Positions 49,572 to 59,513 of a DNA stretch of 64,000 nt are shown one piece after another (position 1 is the stretch's first letter; each line of letters begins with the position of its first letter). The stretch is taken from the IMG/VR virus record IMGVR_UViG_2595698455_000001, positions 32,001 to 96,000 of that record; one strand, given 5' to 3'. The DNA comes from a virus (lineage: Duplodnaviria > Caudoviricetes). The translations under genes and the position numbers were made by a program. Below the pieces are notes generated by a model. The model was not told the origin of the DNA. It saw only the letters and a list, made by a program, of their open reading frames with translations, and did no database searches.

Positions 49572-50762
49572 CTATTTCCTTATCATATCCAGAAGACTTC
49601 TTGATTTGGTAGAGGGTGTTCCTTCCCCATCATAACCTACCTTCCCGCGTGGTTTTTTGCCTTGGTTAACAGCTTCTACGCAACGAACATATTTTTGCAA
49701 CTCACATGCCATATTCTCGATGCTCATCACATTCATACACTGATCCCAAGGCTCTTCCGCAGACCAGAATTGCTCACGAACATATCCATATTGGGAATAC
49801 ACTGCGTCCTGGTTGTCCCGCAACCAGAATATGCATTCTTCGTGAGTCATGCCGTCTTTGTTCAGGAACATCAGGTCGATCCCAGCGCGACAGCCTGGAC
49901 CAGCAATAGTGAAATGGTTTTCGCTGAATGGGTAGCCGGGAATGTAAGTAAAATCCACCCAGATCTGATAAGCCAGGAATGGACCCAGACCTTCGATTTC
50001 GTCGTACATGGCCTGATAGACTTCATCTGGGGATTCACAATCCAACAGGCGCTCAAAGTAATCTGGATACTTGGTGACAAATGCTTTCAGAGAGCGGATA
50101 ACACGCATCGGCATGTATTGTTCCCAGCCTTCGATGGTATACTCACTAGGATTCTCTTCGACCAGATTCTTGGCGACCTTGTAATCCATCTCGTCCACAA
50201 TACCCTGACCAACACGATACACTTTCACCATCATCCCGCCGAAGCGCTGCTCCTTATGGTTGACGACCAGTTCAGGGAACGCCAGACACTGCTTCAGGCC
50301 GCCTGTGTTGAAGGCATTGGTGAACACCTTGCCACCATCGGCTTCGAACTTCTGTAGACGTTCACGGGTCACATCAAGGTTGATCTTGGCGAAGTCGGAG
50401 ATCGTCATCGCGCCGCCGATAGCCTGGATCGGATCCCAGAGGTTGAACATGCGGAACAACACGCAGTTGAACATCTTGTCTGGCATGGACAGAGCATCGT
50501 TGTTGACGATGTTGTTGATCAGGTTAAGAGACTGCCTGTCGTGCTCTCTACGGACATTACAAAACTTAACTTGCCGTAATATCGGATTGTCTGTCCAAGG
50601 AGCAGGAAGACCCTGAATGTCCTTTCTCACATGAATCTGATAACGATCATGCATCCATTCATAAGACCATTCCACAATTTGCTGGTCCAGAGTGGGGGTG
50701 GCGGATTTAATCTTCGTTTCGCGGACACCACAATAAGGGATGTCACGTGGTTTATCTTTCAT
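49572..50762 (-). CDS. aGPT-Pplase1-family DNA hypermodification enzyme (putative amino acid:DNA transferase)
   Basis: PWTDNPIL..KFCNVRREHDR, LFRMFN, GLGPFLAYQI.VD, GPGCRAG and ENMACE..KY motifs. Confidence 0.8.
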   Translation of the reverse strand: MKDKPRDIPYCGVRETKIKSATPTLDQQIVEWSYEWMHDRYQIHVRKDIQGLPAPWTDNPILRQVKFCNVRREHDRQSLNLINNIVNNDALSMPDKMFNCVLFRMFNLWDPIQAIGGAMTISDFAKINLDVTRERLQKFEADGGKVFTNAFNTGGLKQCLAFPELVVNHKEQRFGGMMVKVYRVGQGIVDEMDYKVAKNLVEENPSEYTIEGWEQYMPMRVIRSLKAFVTKYPDYFERLLDCESPDEVYQAMYDEIEGLGPFLAYQIWVDFTYIPGYPFSENHFTIAGPGCRAGIDLMFLNKDGMTHEECIFWLRDNQDAVYSQYGYVREQFWSAEEPWDQCMNVMSIENMACELQKYVRCVEAVNQGKKPRGKVGYDGEGTPSTKSRSLLDMIRK

Positions 50763-50830
50763 GGTATCCTCACAGAATACGAAAACAGAGGCCATTATAG
50801 CCTCTGCTGTTTAGTGAATAACCGGATTTC

Positions 50831-51697
50831 TTAATCGATACGGGTCAGCTGTGTAATAGATGATTGCACTGGGCTGGTTACATAGATTCGGACATTGGCT
50901 TTCCATTCACCCCAGATCATCGGCAAAGCCGGGAAGTTGTCTTCGTTGAAAACAAACACAGGAATGTAGCTCTCAATCGTTTCGCCAGAGAATGCCTGGA
51001 AGCCCATCTTGGTGTATTCCACGATCTCGTCAATAAAATCGAACGGAGCGAAGGCAACACCAACGTGTTCGTTAGATCCGAGCTGGCCTGGAGTGGCCGT
51101 GCCAGTCAGAATGATTTCAGTGATCTGACGCTTAGGATTGCCAGTCAGCATATCAGAGAAGTCTGGCTCTTTGAATGCTGCCATGTTCTTCAGGAACTTG
51201 CCAGCCGGATACTCTTTCCCACCAACGGTGATCGTGTCAACCACTTTGATGCAAGCCTGTGGGAATTCACCTTGGATTTCCAGTTCGCCTTCGATGAACC
51301 CCAGGTCATAATAATATTGCAGAGCCGGACCAACTTCACCTTCGTTGCGAATGAACTTGCTCATGTTGGAGGCATAAACACGCTGCAAGCACTCGTCGCC
51401 GTCGAAACCAGTGATATGCGCCACACCATCGTTGACAGTGGTGATATCGCCCTGTGCGTCCATGATGTCTTTCATGACTTTATCCATGTCAACAACCTGA
51501 TCTACAACACGCGGCGACACAACCAGCTCTACTTTGACATCATGATCAAAATAGGCCGCTTCCAGCAGTTCACGGGTTTCTTCCAGCACCAGTTTCGCCT
51601 GATTGCGGATCTTGGTGAAATCGGGTGATGTAATATCGCCCTTTGCATTACCGAAAGCCAAATTCAGATTCACGTTTTTAGAAAATGTAGTTGTCAT
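50831..51697 (-). CDS. MazG/PRA-PH-like NTP pyrophosphohydrolase with a C-terminal extension
   Basis: EETRELLEA, DAQGD and VYASNMSK motifs. Confidence 0.7.
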   Translation of the reverse strand: MTTTFSKNVNLNLAFGNAKGDITSPDFTKIRNQAKLVLEETRELLEAAYFDHDVKVELVVSPRVVDQVVDMDKVMKDIMDAQGDITTVNDGVAHITGFDGDECLQRVYASNMSKFIRNEGEVGPALQYYYDLGFIEGELEIQGEFPQACIKVVDTITVGGKEYPAGKFLKNMAAFKEPDFSDMLTGNPKRQITEIILTGTATPGQLGSNEHVGVAFAPFDFIDEIVEYTKMGFQAFSGETIESYIPVFVFNEDNFPALPMIWGEWKANVRIYVTSPVQSSITQLTRID

Positions 51698-51713
51698 GAT
51701 TTAGCGACTCCAG

Positions 51714-52178
51714 TTATTCGCTTTTGGCCTTTGTAGGCCGGATAATGTATTTTGGAACCAGCTTCCATTCAGGAACCTGATCGTGTTTAACCACTTTAAT
51801 GCGTGACATATCGGCGGCTTCGGTGACCTGCTCAGGATGAATGACCTTCACCATGTTCCACTGCTCAAGCAGCTTGATAATACGATTCATTCGCAGGATG
51901 TCCTCACGGTTGAAGCCGTTGTAATGGCCATCCAGCATGAACAAATGCTTGAAGTGAACGATATAATACTTGCCATACTTATGAAGAATATGGCAAGTCT
52001 GATACAGAGTATTCAGCTCTTGGCGCGTGTTTACCCCAATTCGGCTCAGTGTTTCCTTGATCCCCAGGAAGATCCCTGGCCGATCTTGGTTCAATTGTAC
52101 TTCAACCATACAGTCAACGATGCTGGCCTCATCGTTGACGGCTGAAATGTTCAATATGTCTAGCGTATTGCGCGCCAT
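51714..52178 (-). CDS. regA: translational repressor RegA
   Basis: KETLSRIG and LYQTCHILHK.G.YYIVHFK motifs. Confidence 0.93.
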   Translation of the reverse strand: MARNTLDILNISAVNDEASIVDCMVEVQLNQDRPGIFLGIKETLSRIGVNTRQELNTLYQTCHILHKYGKYYIVHFKHLFMLDGHYNGFNREDILRMNRIIKLLEQWNMVKVIHPEQVTEAADMSRIKVVKHDQVPEWKLVPKYIIRPTKAKSE

Positions 52179-52207
52179 GACTCATTCCCCCTTTACAATA
52201 GTTTGAA

Positions 52208-52630
52208 CTACTTAGCCTTGCGCGGTTTCGCTTTGGCGTTCAGCTCAGTGCGTCCCATCTTCTCGCGTATCTCGGCCAGGACTTCCTTCGGCAAGAAACG
52301 GACGTACTCGGATGCCTTCTCCATGCTGATGTAGAAGTACTCGGAGAGCAACTTCACGTCAGGATCGATCGGACCTTTCTTGGACCATTTGTCGTAGCGT
52401 TTCCGCGCTGGGATGGAATGAAAGGCGTATGACCATTGCATCCATGGAGTGATAGCATGCAGCTTATTCATCTGCTGCGCAAACACCAGAGTATCTTTGC
52501 TCTGAGCGAGACCACGCCGCGTCATGAACGGGTCGAACCCTTTTTGCACTTCCGGATCATCGGTTTGCAGAAGGTTCTCTTTGCTGCTGTTCAGGGCAGA
52601 CAGATAATCGAACAATCCAGGTGCGGCCAT
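52208..52630 (-). CDS. clamp loader small subunit (T4 gp62-like)
   Basis: LFDYL, PFMTRRGL and RKRYDKW motifs; synteny 45-44-62-regA. Confidence 0.85.
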   Translation of the reverse strand: MAAPGLFDYLSALNSSKENLLQTDDPEVQKGFDPFMTRRGLAQSKDTLVFAQQMNKLHAITPWMQWSYAFHSIPARKRYDKWSKKGPIDPDVKLLSEYFYISMEKASEYVRFLPKEVLAEIREKMGRTELNAKAKPRKAK

Positions 52631-52634
52631 AGTA

Positions 52635-53624
52635 TCACTTCCACTTGATGTTGAGCATGATGTTGGTCAGGAAGTACACGGCATGCAACCATACGTCCCC
52701 AACCTGACGGTGCTCAATTTGAGACTGACCACAGACACAGACCAGGTCGGGGATAGACTCAGTCTGTACAGCCATCGGCTTCTCTTTATCCTGCGGTACA
52801 CAGAACTGGAAGAATCGAGAATAGAAGTCTTCTGTGATGTAGTTCTGGTTGTCAGTCACCCACTGCTTCATGCCAGCCCAGTCATTGGCTTTCAGCATAG
52901 CAACCAGCGTACCGAGGTCAGCTGCTTTCAATACAGCCAGAGCGCGTTCGTCAATCTTGCCATAGGTGGTGACGTTGTCTTGCAGGGCACCCATGATGCG
53001 GCGGTTGTCAGGGAAATTGCGCTTGACGATGGCGGCTAGAACCTGAGGAACGAACTCAACACCTTCGGCGCGGAGGATTTCAACGCAACGCAGGCAGAAC
53101 TTGTTCTGAACTTCCAGTGCTTCCTGCTCGTTCCAGATAAAGTCAATTTCACGGCAACGAGAGCGCAGAGGTTCGTTCACACGTTGCTTGGCGTTGGTGG
53201 TCAAGATAAAGGAGCAGTTCTTGGAGACCTTCTCTACGATACCCTTCAGGGATTCCTGCGCCGCCATAGACAAGCGCTCCACTTCGTCGAGGATAACGAC
53301 TTTGCGACCGCCGAATACGCTCACGCCAGTAGAGTACTGAATCACACGATCACGGATAACATCAATGCTGTTGTCCAGGGATGCGTTGATCAACAGGGGT
53401 TGCTTACAACCGATCTCGTTACACACAGCCAGAGCAGAGGTGGTCTTGCCAGTACCAGGTCCGGGGGAGTAGAACAGCATCGAAGGGATGTTACCGTTGC
53501 CACTTGTGATATAGCCGTGGATTTTAGCGCGGACGTCCTGAGGGATGATGATCTCATCAAGGTTGTCAGGGCGGAAGCGGTTTTCCCATGCATACTGGTC
53601 TTTTACAATCGTGATATTGGACAT
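52635..53624 (-). CDS. clamp loader ATPase (T4 gp44-like)
   Basis: WENRFRP, GPGTGKTT, DEVE, LRSRC and FPDNR motifs. Confidence 0.93.
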   Translation of the reverse strand: MSNITIVKDQYAWENRFRPDNLDEIIIPQDVRAKIHGYITSGNGNIPSMLFYSPGPGTGKTTSALAVCNEIGCKQPLLINASLDNSIDVIRDRVIQYSTGVSVFGGRKVVILDEVERLSMAAQESLKGIVEKVSKNCSFILTTNAKQRVNEPLRSRCREIDFIWNEQEALEVQNKFCLRCVEILRAEGVEFVPQVLAAIVKRNFPDNRRIMGALQDNVTTYGKIDERALAVLKAADLGTLVAMLKANDWAGMKQWVTDNQNYITEDFYSRFFQFCVPQDKEKPMAVQTESIPDLVCVCGQSQIEHRQVGDVWLHAVYFLTNIMLNIKWK

Positions 53625-53728
53625 TATGAATTCCCATGATATAGTTTACAGAATAGAACCCAAGCACTGTCATTTCAAATGGGCGAGTCAGCCCCGCCCA
53701 CACATTATATTATCAGGCTGGAGATTGA

Positions 53729-54397
53729 TTACTCAATCTGTGCGCCGACGAAGTAATTGATCGTCGCATCGGAGGACTGGAAGTTCACCATCTGCAGCTC
53801 GGCACAGGCGCGCAGAGTGTAGTTGCCTTCGATCATCTTCAGGTTGGCAACGTCCAGCGGCATTACGAAGTCCGGCAGCGCGGTTTCACCCAGCTCAACA
53901 GTGTAGTTGTTGGAGTTATCCAGGGTAGTGGTGGTCGCAACCAGACGAGTTTTGCCACCCTGAGCAACCAGACGCACTGTCTTATGGCCGAGGGTAGAAC
54001 ATGCGCGGGTCAGTTCTTTCATCTTCTCGGGAGTGATGGTCGCTTCAAAGTCGACAGACGGCAGTTCAATGGTGTCAGCCGGAACGACAGTGAGTTCTTT
54101 CGCAGAACGCCAGAACTGTAGCTGGGAGCTTTCACCTTTCAGCAGGATGTAGTCCTGGTGGAATTCGGCTTTACCGCCTTTGAAGGAAGGCAGGCGCTGA
54201 ATGGCCAGCAGTTTGGTCAGGTCCAGGATCGGGAACTCAAACGGGAACTCTTCTTCGATCTGCGCAACAGCGATAACAGTAGATGAATCGTTGATGCTGC
54301 GCAGCATTTTGCCTGGTGTCAGAACGATAGATGGGTTGATGGTCTCAAAGTTGGCCAGCAACTGAAGTGTGCGTTCGGAGAGAGTGATCTCTTGCAT
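53729..54397 (-). CDS. sliding clamp (T4 gp45-like)
   Basis: LSERTLQLLANFETINPSI and NLKMIEGNY motifs. Confidence 0.9.
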   Translation of the reverse strand: MQEITLSERTLQLLANFETINPSIVLTPGKMLRSINDSSTVIAVAQIEEEFPFEFPILDLTKLLAIQRLPSFKGGKAEFHQDYILLKGESSQLQFWRSAKELTVVPADTIELPSVDFEATITPEKMKELTRACSTLGHKTVRLVAQGGKTRLVATTTTLDNSNNYTVELGETALPDFVMPLDVANLKMIEGNYTLRACAELQMVNFQSSDATINYFVGAQIE

Positions 54398-54740
54398 TTG
54401 TATGTATCCTCAAAATATAGTGGGGTTCAAGTCATGTTTGACGCAATCTAGTATCGCTGTGTTGTGCTTATAGAACAAGTGGCAAATTGCGCTACGCGTT
54501 ATTAATAAATGCCTTCGGCATTTATGGACTTTATTAAAGATAATAATCTTTATTAATCCTATTCGCTTCGCTCATAACTGCTAATACTCGTTGCTCGTTA
54601 ACACTCACAACTCGTATAATACCACGCCAGTGTTCAACAGGAAAGCAGTTTTTATTCAACATCAAAATTATTTTAATTTGGTCTAAACATGGGCGCGAAA
54701 TAATATGTATGTCATGTTAACCAACACACGAGAGTAATAT

Positions 54741-55118
54741 ATGAAACAGTTCGTAGGATTATATGCGGTCGGATGCAGTAAGCCAGACGCCATCCTCACC
54801 GCAGGGCAGTTCGTTACAGGCACACCAGTCTACCTTGCTCAGCTGGCGTCAGACAAGAACTTACCATCGGAGCCACGATTTGTCCCTCTGGGTTTGATGA
54901 CAGGCCTGAAAGTTGGTCTGTATGTCGGTGTCGTGACGTTTGAAAACGGTATCGAAGCGAAGGTGCTGCCATTCAAATTGGGTAGCGAACAAATGCTGAA
55001 GGACACGATCAGTGAACACCTGAACGCACAGTGTCTGGCTTCTCTGGACAAATTGTTCGGTGCGGCGGACGAAGAAGGCGAGGCAACCCCCGCCTATGTG
55101 AACCAAGATCAATCGTGA
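54741..55118 (+). CDS. hypothetical protein
   Basis: 125-aa ORF with GAG SD. Confidence 0.65.
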   Translation: MKQFVGLYAVGCSKPDAILTAGQFVTGTPVYLAQLASDKNLPSEPRFVPLGLMTGLKVGLYVGVVTFENGIEAKVLPFKLGSEQMLKDTISEHLNAQCLASLDKLFGAADEEGEATPAYVNQDQS

Positions 55119-55438
55119 TTACCCAGCGCCACCTTCATGAACTCCACGGGGTGGCGCTCCGTCAGGTAGAACTTGTAACGCTCATGAGAGTGCCTGATAG
55201 CGTGGTTCGTGCTTGCGTTGTACGACACATCATCCACTAAATCCCATATCCATGCGACGTCCTTAGAGGAGTGCTGACGCATCAGACGACCCAGTGTCTG
55301 TATGACGCGGATATACGACTTGCTCGGGTGCGCCAGAACAAGGTGATGCAGCTTCTTCCAAGATATCCCGGTGCTGAAAGTTCCGTATGTGGCAAGCACC
55401 GTGATATCTTCCGCCTTATTAATTTTAGTCGGTTTCAT
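55109..55438 (-). CDS. uvsW: UvsW helicase, C-terminal fragment
   Basis: ATYGTFSTGIS (motif V), QTLGRLMR (motif VI) and WDLVDD; own ATG with AGGGGTAGGA leader. Confidence 0.88.
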   Translation of the reverse strand: MKPTKINKAEDITVLATYGTFSTGISWKKLHHLVLAHPSKSYIRVIQTLGRLMRQHSSKDVAWIWDLVDDVSYNASTNHAIRHSHERYKFYLTERHPVEFMKVALGNHD

Positions 55439-56382
55439 TTCCTACCCCTGTTGGATGCTAGTTTTCCTTCTACCCACCCAACAGGAATTTCATTGGGGTG
55501 TATGAATTTACTATTTAAACCGTTGTTGTACCATCTCCAGCCTTGTGACAGTTTCAGGAGTTTTGTTTCTTCTCTCTTCTTTTTGATGTCTTCTTTATTC
55601 TCCCACATAGTTTTGCTGGCTTTACTTCTTGTTTCTTTGAACTCTGTGGTGGACATGGCCTCTTGTCTCTTAGTGTTCACCAGTTCCACATACTCTGGGT
55701 CTTTCCATAAATTTATCGCACGTTCTTTGTGTTTGGCAACGGTGACGCCAGTGGAATTGGACTCTCGCAAACCATTGATCATCCTTTCTCTAATTTCGGG
55801 GTCTTTCCAGTTTCCCTTGGATATTTGCGAGAAACGTTCCTTTGCTTCTGCCGTGTTGGCTCTCGCTATCAAAATAGACCTTAACTTTTCACCCACCTCC
55901 GTGTTCCACATACTCACAAAGAATTTTGACCAACGTCGGCGTTCATATGGGCTAGAACGTTTCTCCTTTGAAATGGAACCCATCATCTTCCTGTATTCCG
56001 GGTCCTCCCAAAGAGCTTTCATAAGAGAAGACTTTATTGCCCGGTTGTTCTGGATGGTTGTTTGGTCTTCATATCCAAACTCCGACATCAAGACATAAGC
56101 CATTACAGCCGCCCTTGTGCGTGTGGCTTTTGCCAATATCTTGTGAGCTATGAAATGTGCTCTTGGTGACAACAGTGCCAAGTTCCAGGTATGAATGCTT
56201 AGATTTTTGAATTGTGGAAAATCCTTCGCTTGGAGAATATGGTGACGTTCTTTTGTATCACCAACTGCCTGGAAATTTCGGACAAAATTGATATACCTGT
56301 TCACCCAAAATTCATCGGATTTTGGGAGCGCCAACAAGTATTCTCTGATCTTTTTGTCGTTGTTTAATCCAGTTGTCATCAA
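55435..56382 (-). mobile_element. HNH homing endonuclease inserted in uvsW
   Basis: ERHHIL...NL..L..RAHFIAH, W(K/E)DPE repeats, WYNNG...GWVEG C-terminus; AT-rich. Confidence 0.85.
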
Positions 56383-57703
56383 CGTCGTCCTCTTCAGTTA
56401 CGAACATGGCTACTTTGGTTTCCCCATTCGACAACAGAACCTTTTCGTTGTCACCAACCATTATTGATATGTTACCAAACTCCAATGTTATTATCTTTTC
56501 CGACTCTATTAAACTACCTATCTTAAGTCTGTCTTCCACAGCGACATCCCCGTTGATGACAAACACATTGGGCTTGACAGCGCTCAGCATCTCATACACG
56601 ACCATCATGTGGGCGTCGATACGCTCGAACATGATCGCCACGTTCCCTTTCAGGTTAATAGCCATCTTGGCTATCAGTTCGTTGCGGGATTGGTGTGTGA
56701 TGAGATACTCTATTTCCTTGGCGTAATCCCCGTCCAGACCGACAGCATCCGCTGAAGTGTGCTTCAGCTGGATCATCTTCACCTTGATGTCGGTGGCATA
56801 CCCAAGGTTGATAAGGTCGCGAGCCGTGATGATCTTGTGGTACGCCCCGAAGTGGGCTACAACCTGCAGCCCTGCGACCTTCGTGTTTGCCAGAGTACCC
56901 GTAACGCCCAGACGCTGGTCGGCATAGATGCAGTTGTTCAGGATGTAGGACAGCTTCTCAGACTTGGAGGTGTGCACTTCATCCACCACGATATCACCGA
57001 ACTGGTGGAACCACTCCTTCGGCTGATCCTGAATCCCCTGCCACGTACTGATGACGATTGGCTTACTGATCTGTTTGGTCGCACCTTCAAAGATCAGCTG
57101 AGTATTGACAACAGGCTTCCAATCACTGCCATGTGCGTACTCTTCAAAGTTGTCGTACAGCTGAGTAACCAGGTGAATCGACGGCACCACGATAAGCGTC
57201 CTCAGATTGCTTTCGAGAGCTTCTCTGCGCTGCCTGTAGTACCGCGCCATGACGTACAGAACAAAGGACTTACCAGCACTCGTGGCCAGTTCACAGACGC
57301 ATCTGGTTTGGCGCATAGCCTTGGCGATCGTATCGAACTGGTAATCACGGGTTTCGGCGTCGATGTACTCGTGATTTTCGGTGCGGATCTTTGGATGCAG
57401 GCTGTTGATAAATTCACGGATCTCTTCATCAGGGATGTCCTGGATGTACTTCAGAGCCGGATCCAGTTCGATGGTGTATTTGTTGTTCTTACAGAACTTG
57501 AACACCTCGAACAGAAGTCCGATATCGATCAGGCCGGAAGATTTGGTGAACAAGCGAACAACCCCGTCCCATTTAGAGAAGGGGTTGGGAACGAAGTTTG
57601 GATCTTCAAATTTGAAGTAGTCATTCAGCTCTTCCCTGATAGAAAGATCTGCGATGCAACGCATGCGGACTTCGTTAACCTTAACAATCTGAATGTCTGC
57701 CAT
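56312..57703 (-). CDS. uvsW: UvsW helicase, N-terminal fragment with a foreign C-terminal tail
   Basis: RDYQ, TSAGKS, DEVH and GVTGT motifs; helicase-like sequence ends near VINGDVAVEDR. Confidence 0.9.
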   Translation of the reverse strand: MADIQIVKVNEVRMRCIADLSIREELNDYFKFEDPNFVPNPFSKWDGVVRLFTKSSGLIDIGLLFEVFKFCKNNKYTIELDPALKYIQDIPDEEIREFINSLHPKIRTENHEYIDAETRDYQFDTIAKAMRQTRCVCELATSAGKSFVLYVMARYYRQRREALESNLRTLIVVPSIHLVTQLYDNFEEYAHGSDWKPVVNTQLIFEGATKQISKPIVISTWQGIQDQPKEWFHQFGDIVVDEVHTSKSEKLSYILNNCIYADQRLGVTGTLANTKVAGLQVVAHFGAYHKIITARDLINLGYATDIKVKMIQLKHTSADAVGLDGDYAKEIEYLITHQSRNELIAKMAINLKGNVAIMFERIDAHMMVVYEMLSAVKPNVFVINGDVAVEDRLKIGSLIESEKIITLEFGNISIMVGDNEKVLLSNGETKVAMFVTEEDDVDDNWIKQRQKDQRILVGAPKIR

Positions 57704-57731
57704 ACAAAATCTCCCAAGATATATGGGATAT

Positions 57732-58478
57732 TTAGCGGTTCTCCCAGACTCCGTTCTGTTCTTTGTCCATTCGATGATACAGTCGAACGCGCTCAAACAT
57801 CTTTGTCAGGATGTCGTCACGATTGAACTCAATGACAGTGGGTAGAGGAGAAGACTCGTTGGCGATTACATTGATGAGGCGGGTGATCTTGACACCGAAC
57901 ATCTGCTGGAACATGACCGAATATAAGCACAGCTGGATACTGTAATCCTCGATCATTCCCCGCGTCTTCATGATGTTCGATGTCTTGAAGTCGATGATGG
58001 CAGGCTTGCCCTCATAAACCCCGATAAGGTCCACTCGACCTGCGAGACCAAGCACCTCGCTATATAATGGGATCTCCTGAGCATAGATCTTGGTCATCTT
58101 GTTCAGATAGGGGAACAGCTGCTTGAACATGAACATGTATTCGCCAGCCGCTTCCAAAACTTCTTTCATTGGGCGGTTCTTCAAATACAATTCACATGCA
58201 AGATGCAGCTTCTCCCCACGATCCGCGCAACGCATGGTCTCAAGGTCGGCGGCCTCCGTGCCCAGCTTCTCCCTCCAAGCATCAAGCCATTCATGGTCAC
58301 CAGTTCGCCCCAGCATAGTCGTGACAGACGTCAGCTTGACACCAGTTGGTGACACATAATGACGACCGTTCTCCGTCGTCACACACTCCAGTTCCTTATG
58401 AGGAAGTTCGTACTGCTGGAATGTGTAATGACGATTTTCGAAGTCGTTCAGCTTGCGTAGAGCCTGGAGAGATGCCAT
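57732..58478 (-). CDS. PD-(D/E)XK exonuclease
   Basis: SVTTML, RGEKLH, AGRVDL, IIDFKTS and QLCLY motifs. Confidence 0.85.
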   Translation of the reverse strand: MASLQALRKLNDFENRHYTFQQYELPHKELECVTTENGRHYVSPTGVKLTSVTTMLGRTGDHEWLDAWREKLGTEAADLETMRCADRGEKLHLACELYLKNRPMKEVLEAAGEYMFMFKQLFPYLNKMTKIYAQEIPLYSEVLGLAGRVDLIGVYEGKPAIIDFKTSNIMKTRGMIEDYSIQLCLYSVMFQQMFGVKITRLINVIANESSPLPTVIEFNRDDILTKMFERVRLYHRMDKEQNGVWENR

Positions 58479-58933
58479 TACATTCCTCCGTCCATGTATT
58501 TTCTCCAATCAATGGCGTTCTTCACTTCATATCCGAGCTTGTTCAGGCGATCCAAACATGTCTCGATGAACTTGACCTTTGCCTTCTGCTCTTGAAGCAG
58601 GACAGACAGTTCTACATAGTCTTCGTCGGCTTTGACCCAAGCGTCTAAATCAGACTTCAGTGGGCGAACCTTCAGTGGTCGCTCGGCATAGATGTTAGGC
58701 GGTAACTCCCCTGCATAGTAGCGGCGCAGGTAAAGATCGATCTGGCGGAATCGCCCGTTGAGGAATTCAAGATAACGCCCCTCACGCAGGTAATGGCGCT
58801 GCACTGCCATCCAAGAGCGCCCGATCTTCAATGAGATTTGGTCGAGGTTGTGATCTTCCGGATCCACTGTAACCAGCGGCTCCAGTTCATCCATGATGTC
58901 CTCGGTTGCCATTGTCTGTAGTTGTTCTTTCAT
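58478..58933 (-). CDS. uvsY: recombination mediator UvsY
   Basis: YYAG, VKADED and KNAIDWRK motifs. Confidence 0.85.
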   Translation of the reverse strand: MKEQLQTMATEDIMDELEPLVTVDPEDHNLDQISLKIGRSWMAVQRHYLREGRYLEFLNGRFRQIDLYLRRYYAGELPPNIYAERPLKVRPLKSDLDAWVKADEDYVELSVLLQEQKAKVKFIETCLDRLNKLGYEVKNAIDWRKYMDGGM

Positions 58934-58975
58934 AAAATATCCCAGCTTGTCAATGTCATGGAATTATACTGCATC

Positions 58976-59476
58976 TCACGGGTTAGGAACAACTTCTTTG
59001 GTGGCCAGCTGAGGAACCATCTGCTGGAACTTGAAGGTCACCGTCGTCACCAGCTGAGGTACTGCCGCATCTACATCGACCAACACGTTGTCAAGAGCAG
59101 TCGGGCGTGCGTCTTCCAGCACCAGAGTCAGGCCAATTGGGCGGTTCAGGTTGTCCAACAGCTCAATCACGATGTCCTTGCTGACAGGCATGTCCAGCCC
59201 GACATTGGACTTGATCCAGTTGTGTATCTGAAGCCACGACTTCCAGTCCTCATCTATAACGAAAGTAAATACGATGGGATCATATGTTAAACGTTCCGAC
59301 GGTATGGACACAAGCACATCGCCTGGAGATGGGCCATCGATGCCCTCTGAATAGAGACCAGGAATACTGAAGTCGTGAATATTGCGGGACACAAGCGTTA
59401 AGTCGCCGATTGATAAGCGCCATTTATCAGACGCCGCGAAGTTAGGGTTTTCGTTCTTGAATTGTACGTCAGACAT
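58976..59476 (-). CDS. tail completion / tube terminator (T4 gp3-like)
   Basis: SIPG and LTYDP..F.F.IDED...W..I..W motifs. Confidence 0.82.
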   Translation of the reverse strand: MSDVQFKNENPNFAASDKWRLSIGDLTLVSRNIHDFSIPGLYSEGIDGPSPGDVLVSIPSERLTYDPIVFTFVIDEDWKSWLQIHNWIKSNVGLDMPVSKDIVIELLDNLNRPIGLTLVLEDARPTALDNVLVDVDAAVPQLVTTVTFKFQQMVPQLATKEVVPNP

Positions 59477-59513
59477 AATAGCACCTTTTGCTGTGGAGAT
59501 ACTTGTGACCCTG

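Noticed and set aside
55560-56020. W(K/E)DPE repeats as a separate repeat element
   Set aside because: They are protein-level helical repeats inside the HNH endonuclease
55435-56540. Group I intron in uvsW
   Set aside because: The insert is coding end to end with overlapping ORFs, I see no P7/catalytic-core sequence, and the downstream half has its own RBS and ATG. RT-PCR is still needed to exclude it.
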